Source: Sphaeroforma arctica JP610 (lineage: Eukaryota). From it: DNA of 58,920 nucleotides. The notes below the pieces were generated by a model. It was given only the letters and a program-made list of their open reading frames with translations. It was not told where the DNA came from and made no database searches. A program made the translations under genes and the position numbers. Positions within the stretch are counted from its first letter, which is position 1. Each line of letters opens with the position of its first letter. The stretch lies in contig NW_014040333.1 of NCBI RefSeq assembly GCF_001186125.1, positions 8,700 to 67,619 of the forward strand, given 5' to 3'. Positions 47,463 through 58,920 of the stretch are shown here, piece after piece.

Positions 47463-49230
47463 GGTTGACTTGTTGTAGAATCAGTGTGAACAGTACAAAG
47501 ATACGGTACTACCGTGCGTGGTTTTACTGTTTATATCGTGTAAATATTCTTAAATAAATACAGAGCTTAAAGTCTGTTGGTCTCAAAGACTGTTTGTGGC
47601 TGCTATGCTGAAAATTGAAATCCGAAATCGTGTCAGGTTTTTGTTGTGACATCTTTTCGCCATCGACCTCAGTCCAGCTGCTCCAGGGGTCCAGAACCAG
47701 AAGTCCAGAAATGAGAAAGGGCAGGGCCGCGCACAAAGCCCCAGATCCTACTACTAGAGCTAAATACTACTAGAGAGAGAAGAGAGAGGCCCCGAGGTCC
47801 GAGCGGTGGACCACCAGGCCCAACACTGCCTGCAGAGGCTGCAGAGCGCTTCCTCTTCGGAGCTAAAAATTTTAAAAAAATTACAAACAAAAGAACCGTG
47901 TCTTTCTGTCCAATTGTCCATGCTCCGATATGTAATCAATTTTACATTAAATATTCTAAAGTATTCAAATTGTACTCCCATTGTTTTTATCCCCCCCCCC
48001 CCCCCTCCCAAAAAAACATAGCAAAACAACCAAAAGAATGTCAACAACAACTCAACAAGGCGGAATAAAATATCACGTGATATTGATAAATAGATACAGG
48101 CAAAACATACGGGTTTACCAGTCTTCTACACAATATTTATGGCTTTTTATGCATGTGGCCATTGTGGCCTGGATTGTGGCGCCAATGCGCCACGGCCATA
48201 TTCATTCCATATTTGGTAGATACTTACTGATATCCCCAGAATTCAGTCTCTGACTCCGGCCTACTCTAGTCTACAGCCTACTCGCTTACACAATAAAGCC
48301 TCTCCGAGTCAAATAAAGCCTGCTACACAGTATGTATTTTTAAAACAACGTGTATACTTACAAGTTACAACTACACACTATATACACACTTTAACTGCCA
48401 GCTGTGAGCTGGGGCCTGGGCTAATCTTGTGAGAGAACTATGACTATGAGACATTAGCTCACACATATGTGCGAGACGTGAGGACTGAGTACCGAGAGAG
48501 AGAGAGAATATCTATTTATTTATTTATTTATAAATATATGAAGAAAAAAATACATGCCATTGAGCCACTCTCTCTCTAGCTTTTTGTCCATCAAATATCA
48601 CAATTTTAACCTCTTTTTTTTTTAATTATACTATATTTGTTTTAAATGAAAAAAAAACAGGTCTAAAACTCAAATAGTGATCACGTTTGTGTTTATTTTC
48701 TAAACTCGAATAAAAATTGATGCTATTGCTTCAGTTACAATATGCCCTCTATTAATCTATTTCGTATATTTGCTCTTAAAAAACACGTTGGTGCTGTCAA
48801 ACAGTCAAAGTTTGTACCGTTATTTATTAGGCGTCGTCAGTCGTGCAGCCGTTCACTCGCCTTTCAAACTTCAAAGTTTTGCCCCACCTGACGCCCGGAC
48901 GGGAACAAAGCGACTCTCTGCTCACTGAACACTGGGGTCGAGCAAGGCTGCGTAATGTAATGAAATGCTGAAAGTGTGGTACACATATTTACATAAACAC
49001 CTTTCGGTTTTTCATTATGGAATGTGAAGCAAATATTGTTTGTGATTTCAGATTTGTGAACCATGATATTCCAATTCATTTAATTTTAAAAAGAATATAG
49101 CTTGAAGAAGTCGTTTCAGAAAGGGTATACTGTACATAATTAAATAATAATACATGTGACAATAAACACTGGATTTTGGAGATTAGTGGGATGACCAAAT
49201 TCAAAACCGAATGCAGTATTTATGTATGTA

Positions 49231-52200
49231 TTTAGTTTTTAGAATTTTGTTTCACCGAATTTAGGTAAAACCGTAGTAACGAGCCTCCCCACCCATTTTT
49301 ATGGTGAGGGCGCTATTGCACCTAAAGACATCCAGCCAGGGCCGAAAAATGCATGAGACATATCTAAGACCATCCCGCGAAGGAAGCAGACCAGTAGCTA
49401 TGTTGGTTAAAATGTACACCTCGTGCCGCAAAACCTACAAGCTCAATTCGTGCCGTGTTTTAGATTATTTACCCTACAGCTTTCGAGCTCCCATTGGTCA
49501 AAAAAAAATTGGCGCGAATTGTTTTACTTTTGACTCGCGTACATTTTCTGATCACACAATTATCAATACATAACATAACTAAACTCTATCTAAATATGCA
49601 CATAATCAACCATGCCAAGAACTGCATAAAGCTGTGTTTTTCTAAGGGCGAACACTTGTCTTGTGAACTATGTCTCTGTGCTTGCAAACGAGTACGCATG
49701 CAGACACGCATTGAAGACGCAACCCCCAGCACTCGAACATTAAACTGAACTTCGCGATTCCAAGAATCGTTTCAAAGTACTATTGACTCAACTATACAAA
49801 CCGCACAGAGACGTCGCATCGAGGTCGATGAGAAAGTTTTCAGACTATATTTCAGCTACACTGATAGAAAAGGGATGGCGCGTTACGGGTTATTTTTATC
49901 CTTCACAATAGATAAACAGAAAGACTAGTTCAGCGGTTTCGACAGTGTATGCATATTGAAGCTACTAGTATCCTCTCTGATGATGTCGCAGCATTGATGA
50001 CCGCCTCTGTTAGACGCACGGATAACGCTTACGTTGAGCATCTTACATTGATGCACAAGTCTATAAGTAAATGCAAAAAAGGTGCTCGTAACTTAGGTTG
50101 CATGACAGTACTGTCGCAGATAGCTAGGCCAAAACCTCGTATGAGAAAGAAGCGCAACAGTAAACATATTGAGAAATGCAACTACAGTGAGTCGGGTGAT
50201 GATCTAAGCGCCTTAAATAAATCTAGTAGCCTAAATCAAAGTTCTGATTCGAGTGAAAGTCCCAGTGATGATGGTGATACTCCAGCCTCAAAAGGTGAAA
50301 CGGTGCAGCAACAAATAGCTAGTCTTTAGTTTCGGAAAAGTAGTGCTTCCTTGCCTCACAGCTCGGAAATACACATGCACAACATGCACAAAAAAAAAAT
50401 ATGATGCGTTTCAAAGCGGGCCCAACATACCTCAAAAAAAATCATCTACCGAACAACAGCAAATTACTAAGTGGCAGGAAATGCAGCTGCTTTTATTGAT
50501 AATGATGCTATGGTACAAAGGGTTGCATTCGGCGAGAAGCGTGTTTGTGACATCGACGACATTGTAACTGGTCTTAAGGTTATCAGTAAAATGCCGATGG
50601 AATCAATATATGCTCGTATAAAAAAACCTGCACACAGAATGATTTAGGAGCGGTCGACCGCACTACGTTCATTAAAATATCTGGTGAATTGACTGGACCG
50701 TAAAACAAGAAGTTGAATGAAGTCAACCGTATAGCACGCTGGTATCTATACGATCTGATAGAGAAAATAGAAATTATGGTTAAAGGATTATACATCAAAC
50801 TCATCAACCAAGCTGTTAGCCAATTTATGAAGGATAGCTTATCAGCCGCCAGCGCAGTACACAGATATAACAACGTAGAAATTCATCTTTGACACAAACA
50901 GCATATGAAGCGTGACATATACGATGGTGTAACAGCGTATTGCAAATGGACGGGTTTGAATGTAGAAGGGTACGACAGAACTGAGCATACGAGTGAGGGC
51001 CTAGACTGCTCAGCTATGTTTGAGTTTTCACGCAATTGTATGGGTATGGCATTAATACTGGAACCTCTAGACGAAGAATCATACAATTTATACCGGACGG
51101 GTTTTATGTGGGCAACGAAGGGCATCAGATCACACATAGTACATATCGCACGTTTAGACCTTTAGAGAGATAGAGGCTTCGTTGATTAATAATAGGGCTC
51201 GATTGATCCCATGGACTACACAGATAAGTCGAAACGTGATCAAGTATTACGAGGAAAGACACAGTCATACAGGCAGACCTCCATGTCGACATATGTAATA
51301 TGTATAAGAGCAAAAACAGACGATGAAGGCCTACGCACAACCGCAACAAAAAAACGTAGACGTAATAACCAGTGATTGCGAGAAGCAAAACAGTTCCCAA
51401 ACTCTCAGTAACGTAGATGCCACACTGAAGTATATGTCTGAGCAAGATAGATTTAAAGACATCACTGAGATATACATACAGGCGGGCGGAGTGAGAAAAA
51501 AAATATCTAGTGTCGATACCACCTTAACACTGTGTAAACTTCGATGGAAATTACTAGGTTTCAAACTATATTAAACTAAAATACAATTTAGTCAGTTAGG
51601 ATTTAGCAGTGGTAGCTTGTGTAAGAATGATCGGGACTGCCTCATGTTAAGAGCCTAAATATCCTCGATCACACAGAGGGTACCTCTAGCTGTTCTTTAT
51701 TGAATAATTTTCACTAGAANNNNNNNNNNNNNNNNNNNNNNNNNNNNNNNNNNNNNNNNNNNNNNNNNNNNNNNNNNNNNNNNNNNNNNNNNNNNNNNNN
51801 NNNNNNNNNNNNNNNNNNNNNNNNNNNNNNNNNNNNNNNNNNNNNNNNNNNNNNNNNNNNNNNNNNNNNNNNNNNNNNNNNNNNNNNNNNNNNNNNNNNN
51901 NNNNNNNNNNNNNNNNNNNNNNNNNNNNNNNNNNNNNNNNNNNNNNNNNNNNNNNNNNNNNNNNNNNNNNNNNNNNNNNNNNNNNNNNNNNNNNNNNNNN
52001 NNNNNNNNNNNNNNNNNNNNNNNNNNNNNNNNNNNNNNNNNNNNNNNNNNNNNNNNNNNNNNNNNNNNNNNNNNNNNNNNNNNNNNNNNNNNNNNNNNNN
52101 NNNNNNNNNNNNNNNNNNNNNNNNNNNNNNNNNNNNNNNNNNNNNNNNNNNNNNNNNNNNNNNNNNNNNNNNNNNNNNNNNNNNNNNNNNNNNNNNNNNN

Positions 52201-55200
52201 NNNNNNNNNNNNNNNNNNNNNNNNNNNNNNNNNNNNNNNNNNNNNNNNNNNNNNNNNNNNNNNNNNNNNNNNNNNNNNNNNNNNNNNNNNNNNNNNNNNN
52301 NNNNNNNNNNNNNNNNNNNNNNNNNNNNNNNNNNNNNNNNNNNNNNNNNNNNNNNNNNNNNNNNNNNNNNNNNNNNNNNNNNNNNNNNNNNNNNNNNNNN
52401 NNNNNNNNNNNNNNNNNNNNNNNNNNNNNNNNNNNNNNNNNNNNNNNNNNNNNNNNNNNNNNNNNNNNNNNNNNNNNNNNNNNNNNNNNNNNNNNNNNNN
52501 NNNNNNNNNNNNNNNNNNNNNNNNNNNNNNNNNNNNNNNNNNNNNNNNNNNNNNNNNNNNNNNNNNNNNNNNNNNNNNNNNNNNNNNNNNNNNNNNNNNN
52601 NNNNNNNNNNNNNNNNNNNNNNNNNNNNNNNNNNNNNNNNNNNNNNNNNNNNNNNNNNNNNNNNNNNNNNNNNNNNAAATATTGGAAAAAGAGCTTGTAT
52701 TAAATTATTTAAAATACAAATAAAACCAATGTATTATCTCAATTGATCTTGATTTTTTAGACTGACCGGAGGCCGTATTTCTACAACTGCCTCACGTGTG
52801 CAAGGCCTACAACTATATACTAATCGGGTATGTACACAACAAACCAGGTTGTGGTAAAGATATATTATTTGTGATCAGCATGGAAGAGTTTTGAAATCAA
52901 TCAAGAATACATCACTCAATCATAGTAATATGATGACACCACGTCAGATGTTTAACAATACAGCCACATTACTTATGTGTATATATGGTGTACGAACAGG
53001 ACTACTACAAGAAGAAGACGATGCTGAAGAAGAACAGAACGAAGGAGACGCAGATCTCGATGCGTCTTAAACTGGTCTCGCTGTATTTTATGCAAACTAC
53101 AATGCATACTACATGCCTATGTGGGGCGCTGCTGAATCAACATCAACAGACTCCCACAAAACAATATATACAAGGTACAAGGATGCGGAAAAAGGCTTTC
53201 CAAATATATGTGCATTTACCTCAACTGTGTATAGTGAGCAGGCAGGTCGTCCCACTCGGATCGATGCTGCCGCCGCTCGTAGTACCTGTGAGAATACTGG
53301 CATAAGTCAAATCAGTAACGAATTAGGAGATTAACTAGAAAGCGCACAACAAGTGTCCGAACTGAACAAACGAGCCGGACTATTCCCGTGCAAGGTATGC
53401 CCAAAAGTATTTCAAATGCGCAGGAGAGCATCCACCTCAAAGCATAAGTGTCAGGGGAAACGATTGCCACAAACACGTATAGCTGTAGTTTTACGTGCTG
53501 GAGTGAAGTTACAAATACAAGATCTACGATCAAAGTGTAACAATCGTGGACTTCCCAGCTGATAGCAATACAACACTAACAACAGAGGAACATGAACTGG
53601 AATATGGGTGGGGGTATGCTAAGGGGGGGGGGGGTTCATGCCAATGACGGATGAGCTCCGGTTCATGGTACACGAAAAGTATGTGGAAGGTATAGACGGT
53701 AGGCGATATACATTCGCTGAGCAGAGATATATATGGTTGACAGCAAAACGGGAAGATGATAGAACCATACTACACTCTGCATTGCTGCCAGATCATCAAC
53801 AGCTTCAGTCGCTGTTCACCACACTTTCAATGATTTAAAACGACACAGTACTACGTAGCAAATGGTCAGCACTGGGTATAGCACGTATGCAGGAAAGGCT
53901 TAGAGATGCGCGTATTAACTACATGAGAAACAAAACTGACCTAGTTTAAAGGATGGAGAGACTCGAACCGGTTGACATCTCAGTCAGTGATAGATTCGTG
54001 GACTATACATCACTAATGAACAAAACAGAAGCAGTCACACTTGCGCAGGAGTTAGGACTGAATGTCCCTAAAAAAACATCAGGGAAGGCTATAGCTGCCT
54101 TGTTATTTATAGAGCAGGAAAGGATATTATCTGACAACGATTACTTAGCTATGGCAAAAACACGAGGTCGGCACGAGACAAGTAGCATCACGGCGCCCCC
54201 AATGCTGAGTATATTCACGTTTATCATTACATTGACAATCTGGACAAAAGCACACGTACGAAAGTATACAACTTATCGAGAGAGGCAGTACCGGATGAGA
54301 CTCACAAAGAACTGAAGAATCCAAAGTTGGTCGCACACAGACTCGGCCGCTTGCATTCAACTGGTGCCTTCGATGTCATCGCCGCCTGTGAGAAGCTTAA
54401 GCCACTGAAGAAAACTAAACGGAGTAATACATTGAAGCCTACAGCAGATGAGCCAATACGCGAAAAGCTTGTGCAACACGATGCTACAAATACCTTACTT
54501 GCTACAGCATAACCATTTATATGCGCAGGTATGGATGAGCAAGTTCCAAACCTTGCGGCTAGCGCCACTCTATTTGCAGCCAAAGCTGTAAACGTCACAC
54601 CAACAGAGTGTATAGCAAACACCACGGCAAGCGTACCACAAGGCGGCAGCACAATGCCAGTAACGCATACAGAGTATACCGACTACGTAGCTGTTAGTAG
54701 CAAAGCAACGCTGATCAAATTGGCGACTGATCTTAACATACCTTTGTCAGTGTCGATGTCTGCATCGGATATACGAGCGTTGCTTATCGATGCACGCTTA
54801 ACAGTATGACGATCGAGGAGCATGAGGCACTCGCCAAGGTGAACCAGGGAAAAAGGTACCGGCGATGGCAAAGCGACTGGCAAGTTTGCATGCATGCAGA
54901 CTATTTTCTAATATGACGCTATGTATAGAGGCTAAAGCTGCCGCAGTGACAGATAAAGCAACCAAGAAGAGAAAAGAGGATAAAGGCCAACCTCCTGCGA
55001 AGAGAACTAAGACTCGTGAAACTGACAAGCCTGATACATAGCACTGACAAATTAAAAAATATGATATTTAGTATAGTCTACACCGTGTAGTGCTCATACA
55101 CATACGTTGATAATCAAATAAAAATATAGCGAAGCATCCAACAAAGCAACACCATCAAATAGTGAATGATGGGTACACATAAAAACACGGTCAGGACCTA

Positions 55201-55540
55201 TGTACACAAGTCGAGCGAAGCTACAATGGCATACACAACAATAACGATATGATATTTAGTATAGTCTACACTCTGTAGTGCTTGTACACATACGTTGATA
55301 ATAAAATAAAATATGGCAAAGCATCTAAAGCATCACGATCAAATGGTGTGATGCACTAAACTTTAAGGATTGTAGAGTGTGTTTCCTTTGTTTACGCATA
55401 CATATGATACAGTAACTGATAGTTTTGATTGGTCAATATTACAAATAGCGCCTTCTGCATAAAAACCGTTGGGAGGGGTTTGGGCAGGAATCAACTACGG
55501 TTTAGCTAAATCCGGTGGTAAAAATAATTTGAAAATAGTA
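49231..55540 (+). mobile_element. Decayed cut-and-paste DNA transposon with degenerate ~90-bp TIRs and a fragmented DDE transposase (tentatively Sola3-like)
   Basis: The reverse complement of 49231-49317 aligns with 55444-55540 (aatagcgccctcaccataaaaa vs aatagcgccttctgcataaaaa; actacggttttacctaaattcggtg vs actacggtttagctaaatccggtg). Plus-strand fragments with stops and frameshifts: IRSHIVHIARLD, MDYTDK, DVITSDCEKQNS..LKYM...ITEIYIQ, FPCKVCPKVF, YGWGYAK..MTDELRFMVHEKYVEG, LPDHQQLQSLFTTL. A ~1-kb gap lies inside. Confidence 0.65.
55059..55345. repeat. Subterminal ~90-100-bp direct repeat pair
   Basis: atatgatatttagtatagtctacac..tgtagtgct...tacgttgataat at ~55059 and ~55247. Confidence 0.85.
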
Positions 55541-56081
55541 TAGAAGACACACCCGACACTTTCCGATCTGGCTCCACAAGCCCGCCTGCTCCGCCTGCAA
55601 AAAGACCGCGGTCACAGGCGCCCAATAGCAGCAGTGAGCCTCCCAGCTACCGCTCAAAAGTGGACAAACCTGCAAACCCGAGCCCTAAAAAACGCCCGAC
55701 CCCACCAGCTTCTCAGTCCCAAACTTTAAGGATTGTAGAGTGTGTTTCCTTTGTTTACGCATACATATGATACAGTAACTGATAGTTTTGATTGGTCAAT
55801 ATTACAAATAGCGCCTTCTGCATAAAAACCGTTGGGAGGGGTTTGGGCAGGAATCAACTACGGTTTAGCTAAATCCGGTGGTAAAAATAATTTGAAAATA
55901 GTATAGAAGACACACCCGACACTTTCCGATCTGGCTCCACAAGCCCGCCTGCTCCGCCTGCAAAAAGACCGCGGTCACAGGCGCCCAATAGCAGCAGTGA
56001 GCCTCCCAGCTACCGCTCAAAAGTGGACAAACCTGCAAACCCGAGCCCTAAAAAACGCCCGACCCCACCAGCTTCTCAGTC
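55358..56081. repeat. 363-bp near-perfect tandem duplication including the transposon right TIR and the start of the adjacent ORF
   Basis: aaactttaaggattgtagag...gcttctcagtc at 55358-55720 and again at 55721-56081. Confidence 0.93.
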
Positions 56082-56748
56082 TCAATCGCAGCCGCCAGTA
56101 CCCGAACACCTTTTGACGAAAGTGGTGGGCCGCCCGATGCCGGACAAACCTCTTCATGAAATGGAAGAAATATCTCCGGTATGGCTCTTCTTCCGAGCAA
56201 TTTTCCCTAACGGCAAGCCCCCATCCCAATCAGTATTCGAAAAATACTGGCATGCCCAACCAGCCCTCAATCGCCACCACTTTCTCTGGTATCTTCCGTC
56301 TAAATCGGTATCTCAACCAAATCGCCGCGGAAGCTCCACCAGTTTCATCCGCCTTTGTGTTCCTAGCGACTCTGTCGCCCAGGTGAAACGACATGCAGCA
56401 CTTACGTGGAAATGGCAGCTTGATGAAAACATCGACCCCCGCTCCCAACAACATCCCGACGCTACGAAAGCAGCTTTAATTCACTATCTCCGCACCAAGC
56501 GGGAGGCCCGCTGCACACATGAACGAGCGCCAAAAATTCTTGCCCGCAGCATGGATGCACTACTGAGCCCACTTGTCAACTCCATTAACGCAGACATCCT
56601 CCAATCTACCGCGGACCGTCTCCAGAAGGCTTACCAAGCAAAGCATGATGCAAACCTCTTCTCACTTAACCCGCGAATCCCGGTAAACGCTAAAGAATCA
56701 GCGCGTGCGGAACCCGGACGACTTCATATTCATATACTAATGCCTTAG
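56023..56748 (+). CDS. Orphan ORF (~241 aa, GTG as first start-like codon), probably a truncated mobile-element or gene fragment
   Basis: Uninterrupted frame with coding-like composition. It is open upstream to about 55890, where it meets the duplicated TIR. No recognisable domain. Confidence 0.35.
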   Translation: MDKPANPSPKKRPTPPASQSQSQPPVPEHLLTKVVGRPMPDKPLHEMEEISPVWLFFRAIFPNGKPPSQSVFEKYWHAQPALNRHHFLWYLPSKSVSQPNRRGSSTSFIRLCVPSDSVAQVKRHAALTWKWQLDENIDPRSQQHPDATKAALIHYLRTKREARCTHERAPKILARSMDALLSPLVNSINADILQSTADRLQKAYQAKHDANLFSLNPRIPVNAKESARAEPGRLHIHILMP

Positions 56749-56865
56749 AATAAATAAACGCGTAGGTAAATTGTATATATCGTGTAAATATCGATATAAA
56801 TAAACGAAATGAGACGTTTAATAAAGTTAGGTTTGCCTCGTGAAAACAGCAATACTCTGAGGGAT

Positions 56866-57524
56866 TGTGAGGCTGAGACATTGCCTATATATGATCCTCT
56901 CAGTACTGTTTCCGCCGAAGGGATTTTATTTAGTGTTTCGTTGTCGCTCTATTCTGGGGCGAATCCGAGAGACTCATAAAATCCTATCTTTAGAAGAAGA
57001 AAAAAAAATACTCTTGATGTCTTTAGTTATTGTCTTAACCAATAACTTGTCACTATCAAGAATTACAGACTTAGCCTTCATCAGACTGGCACATCTGGTT
57101 GGCTTATCGGAGGATCAACTAGATAACGTTAATAGTCCCTAGAAACCTATATTCGGTTGAGCCGTCTCGCTACCGAAGTATTCAGATATAAATAAAATTG
57201 GAAAGTAAATAAAGCACTATTAATAGAACTAGACCAACTCTTTTATGTTTGGTATTTTACTGAGGCCTTTTAATGGCCTCATCCAAATATCTGATATGTT
57301 AAATGGAAAAGGTTTAATTAATAAAACCATTAAAAACCATTCTAGGAAACTTAAGTTCCTCGTGCTATTAAGAGCACATTTAGGAGACTTAAGTTCCTCG
57401 TACTATTAAGAGTACATTTAGGAAACTTAAGTTCCTCGTACTATTAAGAGTACGTTTATAATTTGCGTACTGTTTAAGAGTGCGTTTCTACATGGAGTCT
57501 AATGTGGAGGCCCGGCTTATTACA
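56866..57524 (-). repeat. Putative 3' LTR of the Gypsy element (~660 bp)
   Basis: On the minus strand it begins TGTAATAAG right after a purine-rich tract (gggtgggggc). A candidate end is ..CTCACA at 56866, with AATAAA ~60 bp inside. It holds three ~38-bp tandem repeats (taggaaacttaagttcctcgt.ctattaagag.acatt, ~57343-57455). The partner LTR is outside the window, so the distal boundary is tentative. Confidence 0.55.
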
Positions 57525-57742
57525 CAGCCCCCACCCAGCATTGAGACCCAAGAGAAGCAAGTTGCTCACTCAAGCTGATTATGGGTCAAAAAGCGAGAAA
57601 GGAAAAACGGGTCGAAACATTAAGTAGCATAACATATAGTTAATGTTTCTCAGGCGGAGAAGTTAAGTGTTCTCGGTTATCCTGTGAGTTTTGGGCTTAG
57701 GTCCAGTAGGTCCGTGGTGGTCGACTGGACGTTCCTTACGCT

Positions 57743-58920
57743 TCAGTGTCTTAAGCACATATAAGGATGAGCATTAAGGCTCGGGATAAATGCTGTAGGC
57801 GGATAAGTTTTAACTTCCGTTCCTTCAGACGATGGAAACATGCTATCTTTTTCAGCTTGTGACTTATGCAGGCGTTTACGCCATTTTTGATTAAAGGCTT
57901 TTAAATAGTCTTGATTATCGAAAGCATCTGAAGTCAACTCAGCTATTGTACCGTCAATAAAGCGTGTACGATAGTATGTATAGCCTCCCTTATCCGTTCT
58001 CCTTATAATGTCTTTAAATTCAGAACAATCAAGAGGGGCATTAGTAGAGTCATGTCTTCTTGCGAGTATAATCTCTGTAGTTGGAATACGACTTGTGCCT
58101 ATATTGAGCGCACTAGAACCATCGGGGTTATTTACCTCGTACGTTCCACTTTTAGTGTTTGCTACAGAGATTATGTATGGACCTATCCATTTAGATGTTA
58201 ATACAGTAGTATCGGAATTACGTTGACGGATGTTAACTCTGTCACCAACCTGATACTCTGCTATCTTCTTGGTAGTGTTCCAACGCTTTTGCCTTTTTAA
58301 TAAGGCTATATTGCGTATTTCTCGCAAGCAAGGATATACAACGTTATAAATACGTTGGACCTTCTCTAACCATGGTAACTCATGGTGATCAGTTTGTCCT
58401 TGTTAAAGGGTATTTGTAACTCACTATATCTGCCACGAAAATAGTGAGCGGGTGTATTTCCTGTAACCGGATCAGCACACTCGTTCATCTGTGTTTGTAC
58501 CCACTTAAGGTGGTACGGCCAATCATCTGCATCATCCGTTAATGCAGTACGCAAGAAGAACTTAGGTCTTCTATGGCGCGTTTCATTCGCGCCTTGCGTT
58601 TGCGGCTTATATGGCACACCTCTCTTATGGCATATGCCTGTTACGAGTACTAGCGATTCCATAACGTCATCGCAGAACTCACTACCGTTATCAGTGCACA
58701 TAATACCCGGCCACCCGTGGTCAGCAAAGACTTGGCAACATAATTCTGCCACGGTCTGCGTATTCTTATCCTTTAATGGATATAGCAAGTGAAACCGTGA
58801 CGCCATATCAAAGAAGTGGCATACGTAACGGTCGCCTGTGTGCTCGGACGTGGGCAGGTCAACCAGATCAATGATGACCCTGCGCCATGGAACATCTTCA
58901 GTCACACTCTTAAGCGGTGC
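57743..58920 (-). mobile_element. Ty3/Gypsy-type retrotransposon pol 3' end: rve integrase core, GPY/F motif, chromodomain-like tail; frameshifted near 58375
   Basis: PWRRVIIDLVDLP, DMASRF, GWPGIMCTDNGSEF and PYKPQTQGANE form the D,D-35-E core. The second frame carries YQVGDRV..KWIGPYII and FKDIIRRTDKGGYTYYRTRF...FDNQDYLKAFNQKW. The frames join by a 1-nt shift (..SYH / WLEKVQRIYN..). Confidence 0.9.

Overview
Eukaryotic, intron-rich genomic DNA from a draft assembly: GT-AG introns, long (TA)n/(TG)n intronic microsatellites and several N gaps. The style suggests a unicellular opisthokont such as an ichthyosporean, which is inference only. Manual splicing recovers seven genes. (1) A 5'-truncated DH-PH RhoGEF-like gene (+, <333-9944). 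(2) A small SLX4IP-like gene (-, ~12316/13027-13478). (3) U2AF65/U2AF2 (-, 14393-23343), containing a GC-AG intron. (4) FHIP2/FAM160B (+, 25230-31346), two of whose splice sites are amplified by minisatellites. (5) A K/E/S-rich protein with a bacterial-type zinc ribbon, RGG, CCHC and CCCH fingers (-, 34564-35678). (6) An intronless ~1480-aa Gln/His-rich ORF with a CENP-B/pogo-type bipartite HTH but no DDE domain, a candidate domesticated transposase (+, 36617-41059). (7) A long-chain acyl-CoA synthetase (-, 42777-47462). The last ~10 kb is mobile DNA: a decayed TIR-bounded DDE transposon (Sola3-like, ~49231-55540), an orphan ORF, and the 3' end of a Ty3/Gypsy retrotransposon (integrase, chromodomain-like tail, PPT, LTR). 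All homology calls come from motif recognition, not database searches.
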